Shown here: positions 38,326 through 48,363 of the stretch, one piece after another
How positions within the stretch are numbered: position 1 is the stretch's first letter
Layout of the letters: each line of letters opens with the position of its first letter
From: an uncultured bacterium
Lineage (GTDB): Bacteria; UBA8481
Length of the DNA stretch: 64,000 nucleotides
Reading direction: 5' to 3'
Assembly (NCBI GenBank): GCA_964499705.1
Contig: CAZCME010000021.1
Coordinates: 1 to 64,000, forward strand
The notes under the pieces: model-generated
Told to the model about the DNA's origin: nothing
The model's database searches: none
The model's input: the letters and a program-made list of their open reading frames with translations, nothing else
Program-made: the position numbers and the translations under genes

Positions 38326-39576
38326 CTACCTGAGCAGCTCGTCCTTGTCCTCGTAGTTCTTCCGCAGCTTCCTTTTTCGCCAGTCGGCGAGCATCTGGTC
38401 GAGACTGCTCCCGGTCTCCACGCGATAAAAGGAGATGACGCCCGTCTCCTCCATGAACGCGGATCGCTCCGCCCCCGCGGCGCGTCCTCCATCCCCGGAT
38501 CTCGTGGCCGCCGGCTCCACATGGGAATCCTTCAGCGCGGCGCTTCCGCGCCAGACATACCAGGTTCGCGTATCCGGATCGGTCTTTTCCAGGGTCCGCG
38601 TGTCGCCGCGCGTAACGTGGTGCGTGTCGATCGGGGGAGGCACGACGCGGCCGGATTGGATGTCGATGAGGAGCGTCTGGCCGGGGAGAATGTAGCGCTC
38701 CAAGTTCCGGACTGCCGGATGCTTCGCGAAATTCCACGCGCCTCCCGCCGCCATGGAAGCCGTATCACCGCCCTCCGCTTCGGAATAGATCTGGCAGAGC
38801 ACCATCACCTGGCGCGAACTGATGGAGCCCGGCAGCAGCTTCAACGCGCCGTTCACGACCCCGTTGAAGACACTCGGATGCTTCTGATAGAGCGTCAGGA
38901 TTCCATCCAGAGATTTTCCGATGAAGAGGTGCTGCCTCGCGATGCGCCGGATATCGCCCCCGGGAAAAGATCGATTCCTCAGCCAGGAGAGCAATCCGTC
39001 GATGTGCTCGAAGATCTGCTCCGCGCCGATCAAGCGGCCGTTCAGGGTGAGCGTCTTGGCGATCTGCGCGACGTGCAGGAAGGTCTGGAGATCGACCTCC
39101 AGGTAGCCGTCCATCCTGATCTTCAGAAGCGTCTCGATCGCGCGGATCGTGGAGGCCGCTCCGCCGGCCGCGTAGGTGTGATTCAGCTTGTCGGCGATGG
39201 TGTCGCCGCGGAAGGAAAAGAGCGAATCGCGCGGGATCGAGAGAAGCGTGATCTGCCCGGGTTCGAATCTCAGGAGGTGAATCGCGTCCGCCCTGCCTTG
39301 CTCCGATTTGCGACGATCGACGCCGAGGAAGAGGAGATGGACAGCCTGCCGGCCGCCGGACCCGGACCGCATCTCCTTCGCGGCTTCCGTCTCCGTCATC
39401 GTCCCGCGCGCCAGATACCAGTCCGCCCGGAGCGAACCGAGCAGCTTGATCTTTTCGAGAGTCTCCTCCTGTTCCGCCGTGGAATTCTCGGTGGTGAGCC
39501 AGATCCAGCCTGCCCAGGCGGAGACGGCCATCGTCAGAAGGAGGAGCAGGGCTAACTTTTTTTTCCTCGGCAGCAT
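38326..39576 (-). CDS. LCP (LytR-CpsA-Psr) family protein
   Basis: N-terminal TM, LFLGVD, GRADAI, LSIPRD, KLNHTY, RNR...GDIRRIARQ. Confidence 0.85.
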   Translation of the reverse strand: MLPRKKKLALLLLLTMAVSAWAGWIWLTTENSTAEQEETLEKIKLLGSLRADWYLARGTMTETEAAKEMRSGSGGRQAVHLLFLGVDRRKSEQGRADAIHLLRFEPGQITLLSIPRDSLFSFRGDTIADKLNHTYAAGGAASTIRAIETLLKIRMDGYLEVDLQTFLHVAQIAKTLTLNGRLIGAEQIFEHIDGLLSWLRNRSFPGGDIRRIARQHLFIGKSLDGILTLYQKHPSVFNGVVNGALKLLPGSISSRQVMVLCQIYSEAEGGDTASMAAGGAWNFAKHPAVRNLERYILPGQTLLIDIQSGRVVPPPIDTHHVTRGDTRTLEKTDPDTRTWYVWRGSAALKDSHVEPAATRSGDGGRAAGAERSAFMEETGVISFYRVETGSSLDQMLADWRKRKLRKNYEDKDELLR

Positions 39577-39665
39577 GGTTTTGTCTCACCTGGTGATTGA
39601 AGTGCGAATGAAAATCCTGAATCAAGGGGCAGATGTTATAGTCTTCGGCCGGAAAGGTAAATGCG

Positions 39666-40547
39666 ATGACGGAAAAAACGGGGGAGGACAGAGAGAAGAA
39701 GAGACGAGCGATGATCTCCGGATTCGCCGCGATGGCCGTCTCCGTCGCCGGTTTCTCCTGCATGGGGCTCGCGCTGCGCGGCTCGCGCGGGGTGTTCGGC
39801 CCCAGCACCGCCATGCTCTGGCGCGGCCTGGTTGGTCTCGCGCTTGTGATCCCCGTCGCGCTTTTCACGCGCACCTCTCTGCGCGGCGGCAATGCGCTCT
39901 GGCTCTGGATCCGGGGTCTGTCCGGATCCGTCTCGCTCCTCCTCTTCTTCATCGCCGTTTCGCATCTCGATCTCGGCACCGCCACGGCGCTCTGCTACAC
40001 CTATCCCGTCTTCGCGTCGATCTTCTCCGCGATCCATCTCCGCGAGCGCGTCACCTTCTCCGGCTGGATCGCCATCGCCCTCTCGTGGATCGGCATTGCG
40101 GTCATGGTCGGGTACCGCCCGGGCACGGGCCGCTACGAGCTCTACGGCATGTTCTCCGGCATCCTGGCCGGTGTCGCGATCCATTCGGTCCGCGCGCTGC
40201 GATCGCAGGGCGAAACGCTCGCCGCGATCCTGTCCTCCTTTTTCGCCATCAGTTGCCTCGTGGCCCTGCCCGGCGCGATGATGGAGAGCCCGCGGCTCGG
40301 ACTGGAATGGTCCATGATCCCGGGATTGCTCTCCGTCGGCATGCTCGCAACCGTCGGCCAGGCCGGACTCACGCTGGCCTATCGCCATCTCCCGACGCGC
40401 CTCGGCTCGCCCCTTTCACTCGTCGTCGTTCCGCTCTCGATGATAGGCGCGTATTTTCTCTTCGGCGAGCAGCCCGCCTCGACGGCGGCGGTGGGATCCG
40501 TTCTGCTCTTCCTGTCCGTCGCCTGGCTCGCGCATTCGCAGCGGTGA
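39666..40547 (+). CDS. DMT/EamA family transporter
   Basis: About 10 TM in two repeats, TYPVF...LRERV, FLFGEQP. Confidence 0.9.
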   Translation: MTEKTGEDREKKRRAMISGFAAMAVSVAGFSCMGLALRGSRGVFGPSTAMLWRGLVGLALVIPVALFTRTSLRGGNALWLWIRGLSGSVSLLLFFIAVSHLDLGTATALCYTYPVFASIFSAIHLRERVTFSGWIAIALSWIGIAVMVGYRPGTGRYELYGMFSGILAGVAIHSVRALRSQGETLAAILSSFFAISCLVALPGAMMESPRLGLEWSMIPGLLSVGMLATVGQAGLTLAYRHLPTRLGSPLSLVVVPLSMIGAYFLFGEQPASTAAVGSVLLFLSVAWLAHSQR

Positions 40548-40550
40548 CGG

Positions 40551-41747
40551 CTATCGTTTGCTCCAGGAAGGAATGACAAGCCCGCCGCCCAGGAAGGCCC
40601 CGAGCGAGACGCTTACGATCGGCGCGATAGCGGAAAAGAGGGCGACGAGAAGGAGCGATCGACCGGGAGTCGTGGCAGACAAGGCGGGAAGATACGCGGC
40701 CGCATACTTCGCTCCGAGCGGAAAGAGCACGACCGCCATGGCCGCTCCCGCCAGCGCGGCCGGCGCGCCGGCGCCCGCGATGCGCCTCACGAAGATCGCG
40801 ACGATGTCGAGGCGGGAAAGTCCGAGGCGATGGTAGAGCTCCGCTTCGTCGCGCCGCTCCAGGATGATGGCTGCGGCCATGAAGACGGCCGTGACGGCGG
40901 AGAAGAAGGCGAGGATCGCGAGGGCGGTGGCGAGCACGATGACCATGGTGAGATCGAGGAGCCGGAGATTGCGGAGCCTTTCCCAGGGCGCGGAGACGGA
41001 CAGTCCCTTCGCCTTCAGCTCGTCCGCGAGTTTTTCAGCGGAGGCCGGATCCTTCGGAAAGACGATGAGCCTCGTGGGTCCGGGCCGGCCGGTCGTCGCG
41101 TTCATGCGTCGGACAAAATCCAGCGGGACGATGACGCCGAGGACGTCGCTCCGGACGGAGAAACCCCGGAGCTCCGCCGGAACGCTGTATCGCGAGGTCT
41201 CCACGATCCGGAGCGAGGAGACGCCGATCTCCAGGCGGAACGCGCGGCCGAGAAATGCGGAGCGGGTCAGCATGGGGAGATTGTTGGAAGGGGCGAAGGA
41301 GGAGTTATAGGCGTCGAGGATGGCCTGGGGCGCGAGGACGGGAAGCGGCTGGGCGTCGATCCAGCCGGCCGGCGCGACGTCGGGCGCGAGCCAGGCGAGG
41401 CTGGCGGAATCGAGGCCGATCACGGCGACGTCGGACCCGTAGCCGTGGCCGAAGACAGAGCCTTCCACGCGGGCGGGCAGGCCGAGCGTCACTTCCTCGG
41501 CGATCGCGCGTACGTCGGCGCGCGCGGCGATTTCCTCGGGGAGTCCGTCGGGAAGCGAAGTTCCGCCGAAGGCGACGGGGCCCAGGGCGAGGGCGGCGGG
41601 GGAGACGATGAGCGCATCGTCAGGCATCCCACCCCTGATATATTGAGCAGCAATATGTCTGGCCATGAGCGCTCCCTGGGCGCTTACGGCCAGCAGAAAA
41701 GCGGCGACGAAGGGTACGAGCCCCAGCCAGGTCCGGCGGTTACTCAA
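40551..41747 (-). CDS. ABC transporter permease (FtsX/MacB-like)
   Basis: TM1, large extracytoplasmic domain, ERRDE..L...LGLSR motif, 3 further TM. Confidence 0.75.
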   Translation of the reverse strand: MSNRRTWLGLVPFVAAFLLAVSAQGALMARHIAAQYIRGGMPDDALIVSPAALALGPVAFGGTSLPDGLPEEIAARADVRAIAEEVTLGLPARVEGSVFGHGYGSDVAVIGLDSASLAWLAPDVAPAGWIDAQPLPVLAPQAILDAYNSSFAPSNNLPMLTRSAFLGRAFRLEIGVSSLRIVETSRYSVPAELRGFSVRSDVLGVIVPLDFVRRMNATTGRPGPTRLIVFPKDPASAEKLADELKAKGLSVSAPWERLRNLRLLDLTMVIVLATALAILAFFSAVTAVFMAAAIILERRDEAELYHRLGLSRLDIVAIFVRRIAGAGAPAALAGAAMAVVLFPLGAKYAAAYLPALSATTPGRSLLLVALFSAIAPIVSVSLGAFLGGGLVIPSWSKR

Positions 41748-42387
41748 CGAGGCGCCCCTCGTTCAGGGTCCAGACGGTCGTCGCGCGCTCCTTGAGGCGC
41801 GGGTCATGCGTGGCGCAGACGAGGAAGCGGGTCCGCATCGCGTCGGTGATCATCTGGATGATGCGCGCCGCGTTCATGTCGTCCAGCATCGCGGTCGGCT
41901 CGTCGAGGCAGACCACCATCCTCGTGCCCGCGAGGGCGCGCGCCGTTTCCGCGCGCGCAAGCTCGCCTCCGGAGAGGCGCTCCGGGAATCGGGATGTCAT
42001 GAGCCCGAGGCCGGTCTTCATCAGCCAGTCCTCCGGATTTTCCGTGGCGACGCCGCGCACGCGCAGCGCGAGAGCGATATTTTCCGTCAGCGTCATGCCG
42101 GGGAGAAAGACCGGTTGCTGGGATCCGACGGCCACGAGCGTGCGTCGCAGGAGAGCCCGGCGTGAGTCGGAGACGCGCGCAATCTCGATTTCACCATAGC
42201 TCACCGTGCCTTCCGTGGCGGGGAACAGGCCCGCGATGAGTCCAAGGAGCGTGGATTTTCCGGAACCGGAAGGTCCCCAGATGACGGACAGGCCGGGCCC
42301 GACGGAAACGGAACAGGGCCCCAGCTTGAAGTTGCCGCGCTTCACGACAGCATCCTTCAGCGATATGACGGGCGCTCTCATGTGCAT
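41740..42387 (-). CDS. ABC transporter ATP-binding protein (LolD/MacB-like)
   Basis: GPSGSGKST, LSGGE, LDEPT, ATHD. Confidence 0.92.
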   Translation of the reverse strand: MHMRAPVISLKDAVVKRGNFKLGPCSVSVGPGLSVIWGPSGSGKSTLLGLIAGLFPATEGTVSYGEIEIARVSDSRRALLRRTLVAVGSQQPVFLPGMTLTENIALALRVRGVATENPEDWLMKTGLGLMTSRFPERLSGGELARAETARALAGTRMVVCLDEPTAMLDDMNAARIIQMITDAMRTRFLVCATHDPRLKERATTVWTLNEGRLVE

Positions 42388-42388
42388 T

Positions 42389-44077
42389 TCAGATCTTCGG
42401 CGCTGCCGGACGCGGCCCTGTGTGCGACAGGAACTTGAGCGCGATGCCCCGCAGGTGTTCCCGGGGCAGGACCAGGTCGATTTCGATACCCGCCTCGACG
42501 CCGCGAACGGACAAGCCGAAGTAATGGGCCGCCGTGCTGTCGCGTCCGGCAAGAAGAAACGGATCGATGAGGCAATAGCCTGCGACATCCTGGGGGAGCG
42601 CACGGACAGCGCGGAGAATCGCGGTGTCGTTCGCGGCCCGCCGTTCCATTCGCGACGGCGAATCGCGCGGCGCGAGGAGCAAATCGATCTGCGATTTCAT
42701 GACGGAGGGATCGAGCCCTGTCGTTGTGATCATGAAGGCGCGACTGTCCGGGGGCACCGTAACGCGGCCATATCGGTACGTGCTGGCGCGGTTCGTCAGC
42801 TTGCCGAGATGTCTCCGGAAATTCGCATCGGCGAAGAGCGGCGGCTCGATCGGCAGCTTCGTTCGAATGCGCACTCCGTTCACGACGACTCCGCGGTACG
42901 TTTCCGGCGCCAGGTCTTCTCCGTTCATCGTGATTCTCGAATCGCCGGAGTCCTGCAGGAGAGTCTGCCACAATCCGGTGGCGGCATGATGTACGCGTTC
43001 CGTGTGCGCATCGAATTCCTCCTCGCGCCCGGGCGGAATGGCCTCCATCCAGACGGCGTTCGAGGCATCGGCGGAGAAATGATCCCAGCGGAGAACCGCT
43101 CCGGCGTATTCGCCGCTCACATGCTGCACACGAGCACGGATCGCATGGAGCGTGGCGGAGTCGGTGACGAGCGGCCGCAGGATCTCCAGCACCTCCTCCT
43201 TCAACCGCTGCGCGGGACCGGGTTCGACGCGGAGTCCTCCGATGAAGGCCGCGGCGGGAAGAAGGTCAAGAAGCGGCGGATGGCCACCCGCCGGGGACAG
43301 GGCTTTCAGGAGCGGATTGTCTCCCGGCAGCTCGATGTGAGTCGTGACGGAAAGTCCGGCGTCATCGCGAACCTCCATCCGGATGGATCGGATGACATCC
43401 AGCGCTTTTCCCAGCAGGAGCGGTGGAATCCGGCCGGCTGCGGCCGCGTCTTCCGGCGCATACGAGAGGAGCGAGCGCGCCAGGTAGAGCAGGTGCGGGA
43501 GTGCGTAGGCGGTGGCCAAAGTGCCGGGATCGCGCGCGGGCAGATCGACACCCTTCTCACGGAGAACGAAGAGATCTTCGATGGTCCGCGCGTCGAGACT
43601 GACGAGCAGATACCCGCGCTCGTAGGCGACATACATGCCCTTGATGGCGACGGCGCGAAGTCCCAGCGAGCCGGACGGCAACCCCAGTTCCTCCGTGAGA
43701 GCGCTCCGGTCGCGCACGGGAAAGAATCCGACGACAAGGGGCAGGGAACCTGGTGGAAAGCTGGCGACGATGCCGAGGGGCCGCGTCGCATCGAATCCCG
43801 TGGACCCGGGAAATTTCATGGGGCGCAGCAGATCCGGGGAAAGAACATGAGCAAGGTAAGGAAGCGAGAGAGGAACGCCCGCTTCGGAAGAGAGGCGCTC
43901 GATGGCTGGCCCGAGTTGTTCGAGGGAGGCGAGCTCGATATAGAGATCGGCGTGAATGGGAACGAGCGGCCGGGGATCCGGGAGCGTGGAGCGGCGCATG
44001 AGGACTGCGACGCCGAGTACGATCAGGGAAATGCACGCCAGGAGGATAATGATGCGAGTACGCTTGTTCATCGACAA
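42389..44077 (-). CDS. Hypothetical membrane-anchored exported protein
   Basis: N-terminal TM anchor; first gene of the ABC operon. Confidence 0.7.
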   Translation of the reverse strand: MSMNKRTRIIILLACISLIVLGVAVLMRRSTLPDPRPLVPIHADLYIELASLEQLGPAIERLSSEAGVPLSLPYLAHVLSPDLLRPMKFPGSTGFDATRPLGIVASFPPGSLPLVVGFFPVRDRSALTEELGLPSGSLGLRAVAIKGMYVAYERGYLLVSLDARTIEDLFVLREKGVDLPARDPGTLATAYALPHLLYLARSLLSYAPEDAAAAGRIPPLLLGKALDVIRSIRMEVRDDAGLSVTTHIELPGDNPLLKALSPAGGHPPLLDLLPAAAFIGGLRVEPGPAQRLKEEVLEILRPLVTDSATLHAIRARVQHVSGEYAGAVLRWDHFSADASNAVWMEAIPPGREEEFDAHTERVHHAATGLWQTLLQDSGDSRITMNGEDLAPETYRGVVVNGVRIRTKLPIEPPLFADANFRRHLGKLTNRASTYRYGRVTVPPDSRAFMITTTGLDPSVMKSQIDLLLAPRDSPSRMERRAANDTAILRAVRALPQDVAGYCLIDPFLLAGRDSTAAHYFGLSVRGVEAGIEIDLVLPREHLRGIALKFLSHTGPRPAAPKI

Positions 44078-44130
44078 GGCTCATCTTCACAAAAGAACGA
44101 GGAATAGGGAAGGCGGCAGGAAGGTATTTT

Positions 44131-44159
44131 TTGACAGATTCACCCTGAAAAGCTACGGT
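44131..44159 (+). promoter_or_regulatory. Possible sigma-70 promoter of the sugar operon
   Basis: TTGACA-17 nt-TACGGT. Confidence 0.4.
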
Positions 44160-44177
44160 ATGTGAAAAGCATGAAGA

Positions 44178-45194
44178 ATGATGTACTTCATCCTTCATCA
44201 TTATTTATCTGCGGAGGCTCCGTCCATTCTTCCTGATCATAACACCAGCATCGAACTCTATAAATCCATGCTCCGCATTCGCCTGGCGGAGCAGAAGGTC
44301 ACGGAGCTCTATCCGTCGGACAAGATCCAGAGCCCCGTGCATCTCTCGATCGGGCAGGAGGCCGTGTCGGCGGGGGTGTGTCTTGCGCTGGGACCGTCCA
44401 ACCGCATCTACGGAACATACCGCAGCCACGGCATCTACATGGCGCGCGGCGGGACGCTCCGGGGGATGTTCGCCGAGCTCTACGCCAAGGAAACGGGATG
44501 CGCGAAAGGCAAGGGCGGCTCGATGCATCTCATGGCGCCCGACAAGGGGCTGATCGGCTGCTCCGCGGTCGTCGGCAGCACCATCCCCGTGGCGACGGGT
44601 GATGCCCTCGCATCGCAATATTGCGGGCGGCGTTGGGTGACATGCGCCTTCTTTGGCGACGGCGGCATCGATGAGGGCGTCTTCTACGAGAGCCTGAACT
44701 TCGCGGCCCTGAAGAATCTGCCCGTCATCTTCGTCTGCGAAAATAACGCGTATGCCATCCACTCCCGCGTTGCCGATCGCCATGCGCGCACCGAATTGTA
44801 CAGGTATGGCGAGCCGCTCGGCGTGCCCGGCGAGCGCCATGACGGCAACGACGTCTTCACCGTGCACGAGACGATGCGCGCGGCGATTTCCCGGAGCCTC
44901 GCGGGAGGCCCGCCCGTGCTGCTGGAATACATGACCTACCGATGGAAGGAACATGTCGGGCCCAACGCGGATCACTCCGAGGCCTACCGCGACGAGAAGG
45001 AACTCGTGGACGCGGCGGCCAACGATCCTCTGGACCGCGCCCGTAACCTGCTCCGGAAGCGTTACGGAGTGAAAGACGATGATTTCTCCGAATGGGAGCG
45101 GACGATCGCCGCCGAGATCGAGGATGCCGTGGCGTTCGCCGAAGCGAGCGCGTTCCCCGCCACGGATGCGTTGTATCGCGGAGTCTTCGCATGA
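44178..45194 (+). CDS. TPP-dependent dehydrogenase E1 alpha-like subunit
   Basis: HLSIGQEA, YRSHG, GKGGSMH, FFGDG...ENN, TYRWKEHVG. Confidence 0.93.
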   Translation: MMYFILHHYLSAEAPSILPDHNTSIELYKSMLRIRLAEQKVTELYPSDKIQSPVHLSIGQEAVSAGVCLALGPSNRIYGTYRSHGIYMARGGTLRGMFAELYAKETGCAKGKGGSMHLMAPDKGLIGCSAVVGSTIPVATGDALASQYCGRRWVTCAFFGDGGIDEGVFYESLNFAALKNLPVIFVCENNAYAIHSRVADRHARTELYRYGEPLGVPGERHDGNDVFTVHETMRAAISRSLAGGPPVLLEYMTYRWKEHVGPNADHSEAYRDEKELVDAAANDPLDRARNLLRKRYGVKDDDFSEWERTIAAEIEDAVAFAEASAFPATDALYRGVFA

Positions 45195-46234
45195 TCGTCA
45201 ACTATGGCAGGGCGCTCCAGATGGCGCTCGATCAGGCGATGGAACAGGATCCCAATGTCTTCGTGATGGGGATCGGAGTCGACGACCACAAGGCGGTCTT
45301 CGGCAGCACGCAGGGCCTTCTCCAGAAATACGGCCCTCACCGCGTCTTCGATACTCCCATCGCCGAGGGGGCGATGACGGGAGTGGCGATCGGCGCGGCC
45401 CTGGCGGGCTTGAAGCCCGTCCACATCCATATCCGCACGGACTTTCTCTACCTCGCGATGGACCAGATCTGCAATCTCGCCGCGAAGTGGCATTACATGT
45501 TCGGCGAGCAGAGCAGCGTGCCGCTGGTGGTGCGCGCGGTGATCGGGCGGAGCTGGGGACAGGGGGCGCAGCACTCGCAGAGCCTGCAGTCGCTCTTCAT
45601 GCACGTGCCCGGCATCAAGATCGTGATGCCGACGACGCCGCGTGACGCGAAGGGGCTTCTTCTCGGCGCGATCCTGGATCCGAATCCGGTTCTCATGATC
45701 GAGCATCGTCTGCTGTACTACATCGACGGCGAAGTGGATGACGGGCCGGTCGCGATGCCCCTGGGACCCGCCGCGATCCGGCGCGCCGGATCGGACATCA
45801 CGATCGTCGCGAATTCGTACATGGTCGCCGAGAGCCTCCTGGCAGCGACATACCTCATGGAGCACGGGATCGATGTCGAGATTGTCGATCCCGTCTGCCT
45901 CGCGCCGCTCGACACGGAGACGATTCTCGCTTCGGTCCGGAAGACGGGACGCGCGCTGATTGTGGACACGAGCTGGGTAACGTGCGGTGTCAGCGCGGAG
46001 ATCGCGGCGATCTGCGCGGAACAGGCGTTCGGCGACTTGAAGGGACCGGTCCGCAGGCTGGGCAACAAGCCCGTCACGTGTCCCGTGTCCAAGCCGCTGG
46101 AGGAGGAGTTCTACCCGAATGCTCTGAAGATCGCGGAAGCCGTCTGCGAAATGCTGGGCAGGCCGATGCCTTCGCGCGAAGCCGGGCCGGGCGGAGTCCC
46201 GGCTCTCACGACGAAATTCAAGGGCCCGTTCTGA
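45191..46234 (+). CDS. TPP-dependent dehydrogenase E1 beta-like subunit
   Basis: RVFDTPIAE, GAQHSQ, PGIKIVMP, PLD; ATGA overlap. Confidence 0.93.
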   Translation: MIVNYGRALQMALDQAMEQDPNVFVMGIGVDDHKAVFGSTQGLLQKYGPHRVFDTPIAEGAMTGVAIGAALAGLKPVHIHIRTDFLYLAMDQICNLAAKWHYMFGEQSSVPLVVRAVIGRSWGQGAQHSQSLQSLFMHVPGIKIVMPTTPRDAKGLLLGAILDPNPVLMIEHRLLYYIDGEVDDGPVAMPLGPAAIRRAGSDITIVANSYMVAESLLAATYLMEHGIDVEIVDPVCLAPLDTETILASVRKTGRALIVDTSWVTCGVSAEIAAICAEQAFGDLKGPVRRLGNKPVTCPVSKPLEEEFYPNALKIAEAVCEMLGRPMPSREAGPGGVPALTTKFKGPF

Positions 46235-47415
46235 TGGCGCAACCGCCCGCTCCGATCCGGTATTTTCTCGCCGAGGATACGATCGACAATGACGAAGTGG
46301 ACCGGCTTGCGGACTGGTTGAAGACGCACCCCCGCATGACCAAGGGGCCGTTGACTCCGCGCTTCGAGGAGAAATGGTCGAAATGGCTCGGCATGAAATA
46401 TTCCATCTTCAACAACTCCGGCTCGTCCGCGAATCTCCTGATGTATTACGCGCTGAAAGTTTCCGGGCGTCTCAGGAACAAAAAGGTGATTGTGCCGAGC
46501 GTCGGCTGGGTCACGACGATCGCTCCGGCCATCCAGTTCGACTTCGAGCCCGTGATGTGCGAGGCGGATCCCGAAACGTTCGCGCTGGATCTCTCCCATC
46601 TCGAGGAGCTCCTGAAGAAGCATCAGCCATCCGCGGTGGCGCTCGTCCAGGTGCTCGGGGTCCCCGCGAAGATGGACGAGATGATGGCTCTGCGGGAGAA
46701 ATACGGTTTCATCCTGATGGAGGACACCTGCGCCGCGATCGGCGCGCGTTACCGCGACCGGTATTGCGGCACGTTCGGCGACATGTCGAGCTTCTCCTTC
46801 TATTTCGGCCACCAGATGTCCACGATCGAAGGCGGCATGGTTTCCACGAATGACGACCGGTTCCGCGACCTGCTGCTGATGTTGCGGAGCCACGGCTGGA
46901 GCAAGGATCTCGATCGGGCATCCCACGACGCGCTGGTGCGCGAGCATGGAATCGATGACTTCCACGCGCCCTTCGTCTTCTATGAGCCGGGCTTCAATCT
47001 TCGCTCGACCGACCTGAACGCGTTTCTCGGGATGAGCCAGATCGACAAGCTCGACTGGATCCTCGCCCGGCGCGAGGAGAACCATCTCCGGTATCTCAGC
47101 CACCTCTCGCCCCATCTGACGTTCCAGAAGGCGCCCGCCGGGTCGCGCGTCTGCACGATCCATTGCGGCGCGCTTGCGAAGGACGTGGAACAGCGGCGAA
47201 GAATCGTCTCGGCGCTCGTCGAGAACGGCATCGAGACGAGGATCTTCTCCGCGGGAAACCTGGGCCTGCATCCGTTCTGGTACAAGCGCTACGGCCGGGC
47301 CAGCTTCCCGATGGCGGACCGGATCCATCATTGCGGCTTCTTCCTGCCGAATCATCCGTCTCTCCCGCTCGAAGCGGTCGATTTCATCTCCTCGGTGATC
47401 CTGAAGGCGTTGTGA
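46234..47415 (+). CDS. DegT/DnrJ-fold PLP enzyme, ColD-like GDP-4-keto-6-deoxysugar 3-dehydratase
   Basis: NSGSSANL, EDTC, SFYFGHQMSTIEGG (His at the Schiff-base Lys position), RSHGW. Confidence 0.8.
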   Translation: MAQPPAPIRYFLAEDTIDNDEVDRLADWLKTHPRMTKGPLTPRFEEKWSKWLGMKYSIFNNSGSSANLLMYYALKVSGRLRNKKVIVPSVGWVTTIAPAIQFDFEPVMCEADPETFALDLSHLEELLKKHQPSAVALVQVLGVPAKMDEMMALREKYGFILMEDTCAAIGARYRDRYCGTFGDMSSFSFYFGHQMSTIEGGMVSTNDDRFRDLLLMLRSHGWSKDLDRASHDALVREHGIDDFHAPFVFYEPGFNLRSTDLNAFLGMSQIDKLDWILARREENHLRYLSHLSPHLTFQKAPAGSRVCTIHCGALAKDVEQRRRIVSALVENGIETRIFSAGNLGLHPFWYKRYGRASFPMADRIHHCGFFLPNHPSLPLEAVDFISSVILKAL

Positions 47416-47451
47416 GTTCACGCGTTGCCGGACCGTATCGAACCATGACCG

Positions 47452-48363
47452 ATGCTCGATAGGATTCTCGTTACCGGCGGCAGCGGCATGCTGGGCCAGG
47501 CTCTTCGGAAACACCTTCCCGACGCGATATATCTTTCACGAAAGGACGGCGATCTTCGCGAACCTTCCGCCGCGCGCGCGATCATCGAAAAACACCGGCC
47601 GGACGCCGTTCTTCATCTCGCCGCGCGTGTCGGCGGCGTCAGGGAGAACGCCGCGCACAATGTCGAATTCTGGACGGACAACGCGCTCATCAATACCAAT
47701 GTTCTCTCCGCCGCTCGCGAATCGCGGGTCAGGAGGCTTATCGCGCCGCTCTCGACCTGTTCGTTTCCCTACTTTGACGACCGGGCAACGACCGAGAAGG
47801 ATCTGCATGAGGGAATTCCTTACGACGGCAATCTCGGATATGGTTATGCCAAGCGCGCGCTCGATGTTCACGCGCGCCTCGTGGCCCGGCAGGACGGCCT
47901 GGCCTGGTCGACATTCACGCCCGTCACGATGTTCGGGCCGCATGACAACTTCGGCCTCGACGACGGCCATGTGGTCGGAGCGCTCGTGCATAAGTGCGTG
48001 CTCGCTCTGGAATCGCGCGGCTCGCTGGACGTCTGGGGCGATGGATCAGCCGTCAGGCAGTTCGTCTACGTGGATGATGTGGCGCGCGCGGTTGTGGAGC
48101 TGTTGCGGCGGGACATCACGGATCATGTTGCCGTCGCCGCAGACGAGGGCATCACGATCCGGGAGCTGGCGCAGGCGGTGGCGCGGGCCGTTGGATTTGA
48201 AGGGCGGATCAACTTCGACGCCTCGAAGCCGTCGGGGATGAAACGAAAGGTGATGAAAAGCGAAATCTTCGGCCGTGTCTTCGGAAGCTTTCGCTTCACG
48301 CTGTTCGATGAGGCGCTTCGTGAAACGGCGGCCTGGTTCAGGGGAAACAGAGGAGAGACATGA
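47452..48363 (+). CDS. GDP-L-fucose synthase-like epimerase/reductase (Fcl/ColC-like)
   Basis: TGGSGMLG, HLAARVGG, LSTC, YGYAKR, GPHDNF, WGDGSAVRQF. Confidence 0.88.
   Translation: MLDRILVTGGSGMLGQALRKHLPDAIYLSRKDGDLREPSAARAIIEKHRPDAVLHLAARVGGVRENAAHNVEFWTDNALINTNVLSAARESRVRRLIAPLSTCSFPYFDDRATTEKDLHEGIPYDGNLGYGYAKRALDVHARLVARQDGLAWSTFTPVTMFGPHDNFGLDDGHVVGALVHKCVLALESRGSLDVWGDGSAVRQFVYVDDVARAVVELLRRDITDHVAVAADEGITIRELAQAVARAVGFEGRINFDASKPSGMKRKVMKSEIFGRVFGSFRFTLFDEALRETAAWFRGNRGET

Noticed and set aside
44178-46234. Housekeeping pyruvate dehydrogenase (pdhA/pdhB)
   Set aside because: No E2/E3 genes nearby and the pair is translationally coupled to sugar-nucleotide genes, so gene symbols were not assigned.
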